Part shown: positions 39,120 through 52,145 of the stretch, piece by piece
How positions within the stretch are numbered: position 1 is the stretch's first letter
Layout: each line of letters begins with the position of its first letter
Assembly (NCBI RefSeq): GCF_006345805.1
Contig: NC_042998.1
Location: 76,818,001-76,882,000, forward strand
Direction: 5' to 3'
Source of the DNA: Octopus sinensis
Taxonomy: Eukaryota
Length of the DNA stretch: 64,000 bases
Translations under genes and position numbers: made by a program
Notes under the pieces: model-generated
What the model saw: only the letters and a program-made list of their open reading frames with translations
Database searches by the model: none
Told to the model about the DNA's origin: nothing

Positions 39120-40094
39120 TATATCGCTCATTGAGTATGTATGTTTGTGTGTGTGTATGTATGTGTGACAGGAATTTCATTATACCGACGGACTGATTTT
39201 AAAAATTCTGTGTAAAAGATAATTATTTAAATCTACTTTTTTGTTAGTAAATATGTTTTCCACACACACACACACACACACAAACTTGCTTGGTGTAGAG
39301 TGTTAAAAATTTGAATTACAAGATATTTTCGTTGTTGCTAAAATCTCAGCAATGGACCACGCATCATTAGTCCATAAAACGTGTTCATGGCGAGAAAAAG
39401 TTTGAAAAACATCAATACATGCCAGAGTGAAAAAGAAACGAGGAAGGCACCAGGTGTGCTTGAAAGAACAACTAAATCTCCTTTAAATCACACACCATTT
39501 CGTTCGAAAATGATTTTGAAATTATAAACAACAAAAAAAATGCAGATTAGGATTGTCTATATTTTAAAACAATGAGTAACAAAAGTTCGAAAAACAAGCT
39601 GAAATTTATTGTGGAGAGGAGTTTTAATGAAAAAATGAAAAGAAAATTCCCCGTTGTTTTTAAACTACGTTCCATTTTCTTTTTGAAAATGAAGGAAGTG
39701 GGGATTGTAATGGTGATAGAAGAAAAAAAAAAGAGGGAAAAATGACCAAATTCAGTATGAATGAAGTACGGGGTTCTGAAACAATTCATGGATTTTCCAA
39801 AAGGTCTTTTTTTTGTACCGAAAAGGTATCTGTCAATGTTTATAGGTGCATGGTGCAAATAAAAGAAATCGGTCCGGAAGCGGGACGGGAGGGTGTAATT
39901 ATAAATTTTCAAAAATTTAATTTTCATAAAAAGATTTTCCGTAAGTGTCTTGTGAGAAACCAAATTGGTAAAATCCCCCGTCAAAATAGAGAAAATCGAG
40001 TTTATGTGGGTGTGCTATTCCGAAATTCCGCCAAGGTATTCTACTGTGAAAATTGCCCGGCAACGACGAGTTACTCAACTACTGTGTGTGTATA

Positions 40095-40306
<212 letters not shown>

Positions 40307-41112
40307 GGAGAAGGAACTCAAAGGTAACTGAAACTTTGCAATATTATTTTATTCACTTACTTTTATATGTTCATACTTTTATTGCCTTCAAAGTATTCTC
40401 CATTTGAAGCCATGCATCGGTCCAGACGCGGTTTCCACTATTTGAAGCAGTCACGGAATTCTTGCGGATTGATGCCTGTTAACGCCTCTGGCGTTTTTTC
40501 CTTCGCCTCTTCTATATTACCAAAATCTTTTTTTCATTCGGTGGAACAAAAAATAATGTCGCAGGGAGCAAGATCGTGCGGGTGGGAATGCGGGGTCACA
40601 CCATTTTTGGTCAAAAACTGTCTCAAACGCTAGGCGGTGTGCGCAGGCGCATTGTCGTGATGAAGCCACCACTCTCCACTTTAGCAAAAGTCAGGCGTTT
40701 CGTCTCACCACGTCTCGCAAAACTTTCAGAACTGCCAAGTAAAATATCTGGTTAACAGTTTGATCACAAGGAACAAATTCTTTATGGACAATTCCTTTCG
40801 CATCGATGAAACAAATCAGTATCGTCTTAACATTGAACTTCTCCTGGCGCGCTATTTTGGGGTTTGGTGACGTCGAAAGCTTCCATTGACTTGATTGATA
40901 CTTCGTTTCCGGGTTATAGCCGTAGCACCAGTTTTCGAAACCGGTGATGACTTTCGAAAAACAGTCCAGATCAACTGTTCTTTTAATTCACGACACGCAT
41001 CCTGTCGTGACTGTCTTGGATCTTCCGTGAGCAAGCGAGGAACAAATTTTACTCCAACCCTTTTCACTCGCAATTCCTCGCTCAAAAATCGTTGGCAGGA
41101 GCTTCAGGACAC
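40307..41112 (-). mobile_element. mariner transposase remnant (internally deleted)
   Basis: minus strand: LSEELRVKRVGVKFVPRLLT, HHDNAPAHTA, HPHDLAPCD, C-terminal EYFEGN. Confidence 0.85.
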
Positions 41113-41425
41113 ACTACTTAGGCAATTGTCCTGCGACGGTCTTCCAAGATAGGTAAGATAGAATAAGTACTAGGCGCACACTCTCCTACCCTGATGTAAT
41201 CTCCAGGGATACAGGCATCCAGCAACAGGACCTCCGTAATGCTATGATGGACCGTGAAGTCTGGCGCAACATGGTAAATTCCATTGTCTCGACCACGGTC
41301 GAACAAGGATGATGATGACTAGGCTTTAAAAAATAAATGAATTTGTTCGACTTAAAACCAAGGCGGCGTTCTAGCATGGCCGCAGTCAAATGACTGAAAC
41401 ACGTCGAAGAATAAAAGAATAAAAT
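41113..41425 (+). mobile_element. SINE family 2 3' part, interrupted by an RTE 3' end
   Basis: GATAGAATAAGTACTAGGC|...|ACTAGGCTTT...GGCGGCGTTCTAGCATGGCCGCAGTCAAATGACTGAAAC. Confidence 0.75.
41176..41317 (+). mobile_element. 5'-truncated RTE-type LINE 3' end with (GAT)n tail and 7-bp TSD
   Basis: translates SYPDVISRDTGIQQQDLRNAMMDREVWRNMV; TSD ACTAGGC at 41169-41175 and 41318-41324. Confidence 0.75.
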
Positions 41426-41623
41426 ATATTATTTTGACGCTCGGGTAAAATGGAAAGACATTAATACATATATCCATCCATCCATCCATCCATCCATGCA
41501 TACATCCATCCATCCATCCATGCATGCATACATACATACATACATAAATACATGTCCACATGTTGTTCCCTCATCTGTTTCTGTCTTGTTTTCAGCATAT
41601 TTGAACCATATATACATACCTAC

Positions 41624-41719
<96 letters not shown>

Positions 41720-42224
41720 GTGTGTGTATATGTGTGTGTACAATCTCTTTCTCTCTCTCTGTCTATATATATATATATATATATTATATATATTATATGT
41801 ATATATATTAACACACGCATATACAAATATGCATACATACATTTTTAATAAATATATGTGTTTCAATCAGTTAGTCACTCTCAATATTTTTATCTTGATA
41901 AAGATATACACGCTTACATACATATATTCATTTGCATGAACATGTATATATACATATGTATGCGTGTATATAGTAACGATCGACTAGAATGACTGCTCAA
42001 AAAATGATTGTAGAATAAAAAATTTCTTTTTGATAAATTTAGTTAATTTTTTTTAAATATATAAATTCTATTAATATGAATTACATATACTTAGAAATAT
42101 ATGTGTGCTGTTAACATGTCTATATGCATGAATCTATAGTATAGGCATACCTAAACTCACACCCACATGCACACCCCTCACACAGGATGTTCACATATAT
42201 ATACATACACACATCTACATACAT

Positions 42225-42259
<35 letters not shown>

Positions 42260-42469
42260 AACCTACACATATATATGTCCACATATGCATACGAACAGAT
42301 AGATATATATGAAAATATATGTAGGTGGGTATGTATGTATGTGCGTATGTATATTCATATGTATGTAGCTATCTATCTACCTTACTGCTTTATTCATATT
42401 ATTTAGGTGTCTTTATATTTTTCTGAAATATACAAAGAAACACACAAACACGCACACATACACACGTAT

Positions 42470-42583
<114 letters not shown>

Positions 42584-42882
42584 GATGTGTGTGTATATAT
42601 ATATAATATATATATATGTATACGCCTATAAACATATAAATATATAAAACAAGAAACCGCAATGAAGAAATCACACGTATTTTTTTCTGCCTAGACATTT
42701 CCATATCAAACTTTTTTTTTTTTTTTTGAATTCTTACATTTTTACCCACTGTTGTTATAAAGCTTGATGTGTTTCTTTTTATTCTTGCTTTCGGAGATGA
42801 GTTTATCTTGTTGATATTTGAAATAATTTCTGAACGATAAAATATACGTCTCGCGATTGATCACACTTCAAAAAGACTAATA

Positions 42883-42883
<1 letters not shown>

Positions 42884-42913
<30 letters not shown>

Positions 42914-43350
42914 TGTATGTATGTATGTATGTATGTATGTATGTATGTATGTATGTATGTATGTATGCATGTATGTATGTATGCATGCATGTATGTATGT
43001 ATGTACGTATGCATGCATGTATGTATGTATGTATGTATGTATGTATGTATGTATGTATGTATGCCTGTATGCATGTATGTATGTATGTATGCATGCATGT
43101 TTGTATGTATGTATGTATGTATGTATGTACGTATGCATGCATGTATGTATGTATGTATGTATGTATGTATGTATGCCTGTATGCATGTATGTATGTATGC
43201 ATGCATGTTGTATGTATGTATGTATGTATGTATGTATGTATCTATGTATGTACGTATGTATGCCTGTATGCATTTATGTTTGTATGTATGTATGCATGTA
43301 TGTGTCTATGTATGTTTGTATGTATGCTTGTGTGTATGTATGCATGCATG
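42884..43350. repeat. (TATG)n microsatellite with variant units
   Basis: direct inspection. Confidence 0.95.
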
Positions 43351-43872
43351 AATTGCACATATGCATGTGTGTATATATGCATGCACACATGTGTGTATAT
43401 ATATTTATATGCGTATGAGTGTGTGTCTACGTGAGACCTGTGGGAGTATTGTTTATGTGGTTATATATATGTATACACTCAAATCTATATGTACACACAT
43501 ACGTTTAAATATCTGCATAATATATATACATATATATACATAAATACATATAAATATATACATATATATATACACATACATATATACACATACATACATA
43601 TATACATATATACATGTATACATATGTATATACATATATACATATGTATATACATATATATACATACATACATATATACATATATACATATGTATATACA
43701 TATATATTATATATATATATATACATACATATGTATATACATAAATACATATATATATTCATACATATATATATATATTCATACATATGTATATACATAC
43801 ATACACACATATATATACATATATATATATATATATATGAATATGTATATATATATATACATAGATACATGC

Positions 43873-43903
<31 letters not shown>

Positions 43904-44305
43904 CACTTATACACACACATGTATGCATTTATATATATGTATATACAAATATACACATGCACACACATGTAGCTGTACGCACACATGCATAGCATCACTC
44001 ACAGACCTGTGCATGCATGCATGTATGTGTGTGTGCTTGTGTGTGTGTGTGTGTGTGTATGTGTGTGTGTGTGTGTATATAATATATATTAAATATATTA
44101 TTTATAATTATATGCATGTGCATGCATTGTAAGTCAAGTTGACACTGCTCTCAATATTAAATCATCCCACCAGTAAATATTCTGTTGTTAAGCCCGAGAC
44201 TGGCTTTAAAATGATAAACTTATTCTAACATACAAACGCACACAAACACTACCGCATACGCACATACACACACATAAACATGCATGTATATTTATGTATT
44301 TATAC

Positions 44306-44650
44306 AACAATTGCAGCGTGGAAGGTGTTTATAAGCCATTTAAGAAACACACAAAAGCCGTTCAATTCACTTCAACATTTAAGTTTAATTTCTCAAAATA
44401 TTTTCGTCGCTAAAATCCGCGACCTGTTCACTGACAAAAATCCGTGCTGCATCTCATTTTTGTCAGTGAACAGGTCGCGGATTTTAGCGACGAAAATATT
44501 TTGACAAATTAAACTTAAATGTTGAAGTGAATCGAACGGCTTTTGTGTGTTTCTTAAATGGCTTATAACACCTTCCACGCTGCAATTGTTTTCGTTTCAG
44601 CACACGATCTCAGATCAAATTACTTGCTATGCGAGTACATCTCCGTAATA
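44306..44650 (+). mobile_element. fold-back PLE-terminus-like element: 136/135-bp inverted arms, 14-bp spacer, ~60-bp tail
   Basis: arms 44306-44441 and 44456-44590; hammerhead-like motif at 44459-44508. Confidence 0.8.
44459..44508 (+). ncRNA. hammerhead-like motif with G3-C8 core (GUGAACA)
   Basis: TTTGTCA GTGAACA G GTCGC-ggatttta-GCGAC GAAA ATAT TT TGACAAA: helix I 7 bp, helix II 5 bp, palindromic AATATT at helix III. Confidence 0.55.
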
Positions 44651-45156
44651 TGTATTATATTTATAATTATATACATGTATATTCATGTAGATATGTATAA
44701 ATATGCTTGTGTGTGTGTTTGTGTGTATATTGTTGTGTATGTGTATCACCCCATGTGTTCATATAGTTATTTATATTTGCATGTACTTCTTTATACAATA
44801 TTTTCAAATTATTTTCGTCTGTATTTCGCTCCCCCCACCCTTTTATTCCTTTACGTGTACATTTTAAAGCATCTTTCGTTCGCAAGAACCTTTTTTTTTT
44901 TGTTAAAGGATAAATTATATACGTTGTTTCATCATATAATATGTTGGCATTTCTTCATTAAGATAAAAAAGTATATTTATTACGGATAAACCTACAAAAA
45001 TGTATTCAAATTTTATTAAAGGAGATTAAGAATGATAAATATTATGGTACTCTGTCTATTAATTGCGTTTCGAATATTATGCATTCGAACTTATTTCTTG
45101 TTTATTACTGTGAAGATGAGTTCGTCAAAATAGCCATAGGGCGCACTGTTCATCGT

Positions 45157-45204
<48 letters not shown>

Positions 45205-45487
45205 ATGTGTGTGTGTGTATACATGTGGGTGTGTGCGTGCGTGTATTTGTGTGTGTATATAATATATATTAAATATATTATTTATAAATTATATGCATGT
45301 GCATGCATTGTAAAGTCAAGTTGACACTGCTCTCAATATTAAATCATCCCACCAGTAAATATTCTGTTGTTAAGCCCGAGACTGGCTTTAAAATGATAAA
45401 CTTATTCTAACATACAAACGCACACAAACACTACCGCATACGCACATACACACACATAAACATGCATGTATATTTATGTATTTATAC

Positions 45488-45833
45488 AACAATTGCAGCG
45501 TGGAAGGTGTTTATAAGCCATTTAAGAAACACACAAAAGCCGTTCAATTCACTTCAACATTTAAGTTTAATTTCTCAAAATATTTTCGTCGCTAAAATCC
45601 GCGACCTGTTCACTGACAAAAATCCGTGCTGCATCTCATTTTTGTCAGTGAACAGGTCGCGGATTTTAGCGACGAAAATATTTTGACAAATTAAACTTAA
45701 ATGTTGAAGTGAATCGAACGGCTTTTGTGTGTTTCTTAAATGGCTTATAAACACCTTCCACGCTGCAATTGTTTTCGTTTCAGCACACGATCTCAGATCA
45801 AATTACTTGCTATGCGAGTACATCTCCGTAATA
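45488..45833 (+). mobile_element. second copy of the fold-back element
   Basis: inverted arms span 45488-45773, followed by the same tail. Confidence 0.8.
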
Positions 45834-46099
45834 TGTATTTATATTTATAATTATATACATGTATATTCATGTAGATATGTATAAATATGCTTGTGTGTGT
45901 GTTTTAAAGAAACAATGTTGTTTTGTTAGTCTTTGATAAATGACGGTAATAGTATCGTCGGTGTTTTGTCTTATTTCATTTTAATACGAAGTTATATCTG
46001 TTTTACTGTCCGTTATCAGAATGAAATGATTTTATGCGAACAGAAAGCAGCTGGATTTGTCCACTTTTGGCTATACGATATTGAAACCGCAACGATACA

Positions 46100-46300
46100 C
46101 CTTTCTATTAAAAGCAGAAGGCCTAAAATTTCGGTGGATTACATCGAACCCAGTGTTTCATTGCTACTTAATTTATCGACTCCGAAAGGATGAAAGGCAA
46201 AGTCGACCTTCGTGGAATTTGAAGTCAGAATGTAAAATCACGAAGAATGCCACTTAACATTTCGCCCGGCGTGCTGACAATTCTGTTAGCTCGTTGCCTT
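46100..46300 (-). mobile_element. SINE family 1
   Basis: TTTATCGACTCCGAAAGGATGAAAGGCAAAGTCGACCT...TTCGCCCGGCGTGCTGAC.ATTCTG..AGCTCG. Confidence 0.85.
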
Positions 46301-46584
46301 TGAAACCACAACGATATTAAACACAGAAACATAACTAATTTCAGCTTGCAGTCACCATATGAATCTTTTTTTTCCCGTCATACATTAGAACAACTGGTAA
46401 ATTGTTGCCGAAGGAAGCCTCTAAGTGGTTGCTCGATTTTCTAAAATTTGCAGTCAAATCGCATCCTCTCCACCTTAGTAAAAATGATGTTGGATATGGT
46501 CTTAAGTTTCTTGCACATAAAAATAAATTCCGGATGAAGGCTGAGCGGGACTTAACAACAATAATACCAAAAATAGTAACAACT

Positions 46585-46617
<33 letters not shown>

Positions 46618-47119
46618 ACAGAAGTAGCAGCAATGGTAGTAACAAGTAACAAGAATACCATCGACAACGTCACATTGAAGATTATTGTATGGAAAGAGTT
46701 AAAGAATTTGAAACCGGAAATGATGATTTTATCATTTACTTCAACGTTTATACGATCCATTTCTGCCCGTATTTGATAGGCAAGAGCAATACCGCTCTAA
46801 TATCAGATCATTCACAAATTAAACTAAGATGCTGGAGCGCTTATGAAATCAGGAACACTATTGTCCCAATCTAAACATGAAAGACTAATAAGGAAATAAG
46901 TACAATCATTAAAATCTCCGATGAAACGCTAAAGTTTTTATTATAAATTATCATGTTGTTTTAATGAAACAAGATATCAATGATTTAAAACATCTTGAAC
47001 TAAAATGACTTCGGCTAAAGTAATGAAATACAGATGCATATATCAACAGCTACGTAAACAAACATATAACTCAGGAACTCAAAAATATACAAACGACTAT
47101 GTTTATATTTACGCGATTA

Positions 47120-47629
47120 CCGTAAATCCTCGAGTATAATCCGCATCTTTTCCCCCAAAATTTAAAGGTCAAAAACCCTAGTGCGTACTATATACGAGGT
47201 TTAAAATGAAAATGATTTTCTAAGCAATGTCCGAATCTCTATTTGCTGTCCGGAAATGTTTATTCAGACGCATTTTGTGATGTCGGGCGCGAAAATACCT
47301 TAAGCTAAGCTTGAAAGCAATGAAGTCATAAAAGAATCATCCATAACATGCAGTAAGCAACATTTATTAAACGTTATAACTGTTATTTCTTTATTTTCTG
47401 GAAACAAAATGCACAAAAATGCTACACGTTTGCATTATGTTATATATACAATAATAAAGGACGTTACCGTATACAGTTTTACAAACCAAGGACGTTATTT
47501 AGACCTCCTTAACTCAAGTTAGAGAAGGGAAGCGTATTATACACAAGGTTTAGGCTTTTCAGAGGTACAACCCCCTAAAAATCCCCTGCGTATTATACCC
47601 AAGTGCGGACTATACTCGAGGATTTACGG
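47120..47629. mobile_element. MITE (510 bp), Tc1/mariner superfamily (pogo/Tc2-like CCGTA ends)
   Basis: TIRs CCGTAAATCCTCGAGTATAATCCGCA and TGCGGACTATACTCGAGGATTTACGG; TA on both sides; subterminal GCGTA.TATA..C.AG repeats; no ORF. Confidence 0.9.
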
Positions 47630-47908
47630 TACTTAAAAAACAAGTATACATACAGTTTATTCATATAAGCGAGCCAACGAGTGTGGGTCGTTGGACCGGC
47701 TGGAAGAAAACAGTGAAATCATTCTACAATCAAACCATACTATCTAGATTAAAGAATGTGTAGATTTGATAATGAAGTACTAGCTACTGCTTAGACGGAC
47801 GTGATCTACTGCGGCGCCTTTGAATTGAGTACAAATTTAAACATAATGAGTCTTCATACATACATACATACATACATACATACATACATACATACATACA
47901 TACATACA

Positions 47909-47939
<31 letters not shown>

Positions 47940-48084
47940 GTGTGTGTGCATATATATATATGTGTGTATATATATGTGTGTATACATATATGTGAGTCTG
48001 TGTGTAATATCTCTTCTATTTTTTAATTATTATAAATCTTCCACAAAGGTACAAAGCTCCATCATTGGGATGTAGTTAGCACAA

Positions 48085-48214
48085 ACAAATTTACATTTGG
48101 AACTTGTGGAAAGTCTTGCATATTTTTACTGTTCCACTCACAAATTGCACTTGTAATGTACGGATCAGCCGGTCAATTTCTCTTTCTGAAAATGATCCCA
48201 GTTTATTCAGATTC

Positions 48215-48215
<1 letters not shown>
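48085..48215 (-). mobile_element. RLE-type LINE C-terminal fragment
   Basis: LNKLGSFSEREIDRLIRTLQVQFVSGTVKICKTF; homologous to 53586-53720. Confidence 0.5.
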
Positions 48216-48246
<31 letters not shown>

Positions 48247-48609
48247 GTATGTATGTATGTATGTATGTATGTATGTATGTATGTACACACAACGGCAGAT
48301 ACACACTGGAATATGTTATATCAGAAATATTTGCAAATATTCGAAACCAAGGCCATGTATATACTCGAATATAGACACTGAAAAATTGGTAAGTACCAAG
48401 AATATCAAATCGTCTATTTCGCTAGAAACAGGAGCTTAAATAAATAACACATTTAACGACTTGAAAATATAGGCTATTGTATATAATATAACCCTAGGTA
48501 TGTAGTATGTGTAAAGGAGAAATAGAGAGAACGGTCACAAGTTCACCAAGGTCGGAATAACATTAATCATAAGTGTACTGGATAAGCACTGAACTTTTGG
48601 GCTAAACAA

Positions 48610-48985
48610 CAATAACGGTTTTAAATTATGGCGCATGACCAGTAAATCTAGGAAGAGGTGGGTTAGTCGATTATATCGACCCCCAGAACTCAACTGTTAC
48701 TTATTTTATCGATCTCGAAAGGGAAAAAAAAAACATAATGTGAAGACAACAGTGGTAGAGTTGAAGTTGGAGCGTAAGGCTGGAAGAAAGGTTGTTAAAA
48801 ATCCCATCCCAACTCTACTGGCGTACTAACAATTCTCTCAGTTCGCTGCAACAATAGGAGAAGCAAAACTCAGCATACACACATTTTGATTTCAAATTTT
48901 GGCACGAAGATAGCAATAAGTCAGTTACATTGACTTATTTTATCGACCCCAAAAGGATGAAAGGTAAAGCCAACGTCAGCGGAAT
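48610..48985 (-). mobile_element. two diverged SINE family 1 copies
   Basis: TTATTTTATCGA.C.C.AAAGG..GAAAGG core occurs twice. Confidence 0.6.
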
Positions 48986-50299
48986 AAGCAGAAATATATC
49001 AAAAACATGAACATAAGGTAATTAATTAGAAAATGATTTACTACTGAATCCTAATATATAGTTACTACTAATGTCGACTAACACAAAATTAACCCTATTC
49101 GAACTGACTTATGATGAAAGATATTTTAGTCGTGACCATCCCATATAGTTTGCATATATCCAAGTCTAACCCGTAAAATATAATGTACTCAGTCAGGACA
49201 CTGGATGTTCCGGCTGCAAGTTACGTAGTCACACTGACTGTTAAAACAATCGAAACAATAAATAAAATGAAAGGCCGGGGTAGGCAAAAATATGAAATTT
49301 AATAAAATAAGTCAGAATAAAATAAATCGACAGAAAATCAAGACGACTTTTGGCAAAATTTGAACTACTAACTGTTAAAGTTGACAACGCGTCACAGGTA
49401 TATGCCTTAGAAGAATGAGGAAACAAATCTGATATGGTTTAAAAAACTAGAGTAACTGAATTAAACACTTTATTCGAATAAACAAAGGACAGTTCACCAC
49501 AAGAAATTATTAAACGCTTTCCAAACGAAATGTTTCATGCGATATACAATAAAATATAGAGATATGTTGTTGAACAAGTTACCCGACACACAGATTCGTC
49601 AAAAAATTATAGACACAAGCATATAATTACGAATATATTGTAGAATGAATAAATTCATCAGAGTTACAGTTAAATTAGAGAGCAATCGAGGAAGTGAACA
49701 TCATCAGGGAACTTTCATTCTACCAGTGACAATTCCCCCAAAGAATTAAATAAACCTAAGTGCAGTTAACACAGAGCTACATAGAACTACATGGGTCACT
49801 GCTGAAGGGCTGACATTTGTGGTTCAGGATCAGTGCGACCCCACTCAATGTTGTATGTAAGTTTTGATAAGACCTTCGGCTACATACGAGTACAAGCTGG
49901 ATGCTCCACTCAAGTTGCGTTAGAATATGCACGAAGATATGACAAAATTGCTATTTATATTTAATATAATATGAATTAATAAACGAGAGAGTTAGCTGCA
50001 GGAAATTGATATAGGTATTTTCCATCGATAATATTATTAGCGACCAAACCAAAGTTGATAAAAGTGAATAAATAAATAATAATAAAAATAAAACAGTAGA
50101 AAGTGATTTCTTAAAGATCTCACTAATGCACATCAGATACTTAATATGGTACATACGATTATTACATACAGTATTTTCACTTCAGATAAAATAAAACAAG
50201 TTTATAAATGAGACATGGGTGAGCATGTAGGACAAATCAAATAAAGTCCAACAAACATTTAAATGCAAACAACAGAAATAGAATGATCCCAAGAAATAC

Positions 50300-51640
50300 A
50301 ATTGAGATTTACTTTATTATATTACACACAGGTGAGGTGAAATAAACATTAAAGATACTTTGCCCCAGGTAGAAACTGCAGCAGCTACTCAGAGGCTTTG
50401 CAAGCTCTTCTAATTCCATGGCAAAATATATTCTTTATATAACGTACATACGTACAAATAAATAATTTGAACAAAGAAAACAAAGGAATCAATTAACACA
50501 AATAGAATAAAAATGAAAAGGTTTTCAATTGAAACGAAGCAAAGCGAATTTTTTTAGTACAAATAAATGAAAGCTAATCGACTTAAAACAAAATAAACGC
50601 TATCTCAAAAACTGCACTCGGTTTAGTCAGTACGTATAATCTCTTTCATGATATCTTCTTATAGTGATTGTAAAAAAGAAGGCAGTTTAAGATAGGTCAG
50701 AAGTGCTAATCTTTCAAAAGGTTAACACCACGTCTGTCTTGCTCATATTGTCCAAAATAAAATTAATGATTAAAACACAATGGACCACGTTAGTCTAATG
50801 GACACGAGCACACCAGCATACTAAGAATATGAAGCAAGTGAAAATCCCCTAGGATTAATTAGTTTAAGAATTCTTTGCTGAAAAACCTGAACGCTAGAAG
50901 TCAATAAACTCCTAAGTAGACCAGGATTAACAGTTCATTGACTATTGGACAGGTAAACAATATTAATTTCCCAAAATTTAAACACCAGAAGCCATATCAA
51001 ACTGTAGGCCTATAATTTACGCGCGAACAAGTGCAGTAATAATATATTACCGGTGATACAGAGAAAGATGCAGGAAAAAAATGTTTAGTTGTACACAGCA
51101 ATTTTAAACAAACTGTGATTTATAGAAAACAGCAAAAATTAGCTTTAGCTTTGCTGGATTTATTGCTGAAAAGTGTTTGATAATATACTCCACCTTTTGG
51201 ATGGATATGAATAAAGTAACGCCAAGACGAGATTCATCGACCAAGAAATTTGAACCATCCCCTCTATCTATGAATCTTTTTAAATAACCTGTCTACTCTG
51301 TTGACTTTTTCTAATTCCGTTGATTAATAAGTCAAATGAAAGAAATCATCTGTAGATACAAATGCAAGGAACAGCCGTATACTGTATAAGAAAGTGTTTA
51401 AAATATTTATTTGAAACAAATAAGTTTGAAAACCTATAAAATGTTGTTCATAAACTCAGTCAAAACATAAAATTGAATACGAGATTAGTCAAATTAGTAA
51501 AAGAAAGAAGAGGTAAGTTAGCTAAAACTAGAATTAAATTCGACTTCAATATCAGATTCAGAAAATTGGACATGTTTATACCAATGCTCAGGAGGAGATA
51601 AACCTGATATAAGAAGATCCAGACTAACTAATTCACTGAA
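50300..51640 (+). pseudogene. old, heavily decayed R4/Dong-type LINE RT region
   Basis: ordered remnants KSP.IN..KNSLLKNL, NCRPII, then a stretch resembling EQKGCRK..C..QL and WI...KVFDNILH (compare KSPG.D, NYRPITC, WIDY.KAFDSVPH); AEGLTFVVQDQ-like piece near 49800. Confidence 0.5.
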
Positions 51641-51707
51641 CTTTTCAACCTCTGTTCACTTTGATGAAACGCATGCACAACCACGTTTTATCATCATACC
51701 TGCTAAT

Positions 51708-52145
51708 AAGGCGGCGAGCTGGCAGAATCGTTAAGTACACCGGCGCAAAATGCTTGGCAGCATTTCGTCCCTCTTTACATTCTGAGTTCCACCGGGGTAG
51801 ATTTTGCCTTTTATACTTTCGAGGTCGATAAAATAAGTACCAGTTAAGCGCTGGGGTCAATGAAATCAACTTAACCGTTTTCCCGAAACTATTCTCTGCT
51901 AACGTTAAGCCAGCACGCTGGCAGAATCGTTAGCACGCTGGCAGAATCGTTAGCACGCTGGACAGAATGTTTGGCGGTATTTCTTCCGGCCTTACGTTCT
52001 GAGTTCAAATCTGCCAAACGCCGACTTTGCTTTTCACATTATTTCGGGGTCGATAAAATAAGTACCACTCAAATATTGAGATTGATGTAAACGACTTCAC
52101 ATCGCTCCTGCATAAATACTGGCTCTGGGCCGAAATTCGAAACCA
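51708..52145 (+). mobile_element. two adjacent SINE family 1 copies
   Basis: heads at 51708 and ~51910; the second has a tandemly repeated 20-bp head segment. Confidence 0.85.

Larger units (their letters stand above)
44070..45904. repeat. ~650-bp direct duplication (44070-44720 and 45250-45904)
   Basis: copies appear to differ only by a few single-base changes at homopolymers; offset about 1180 bp. Confidence 0.9.
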
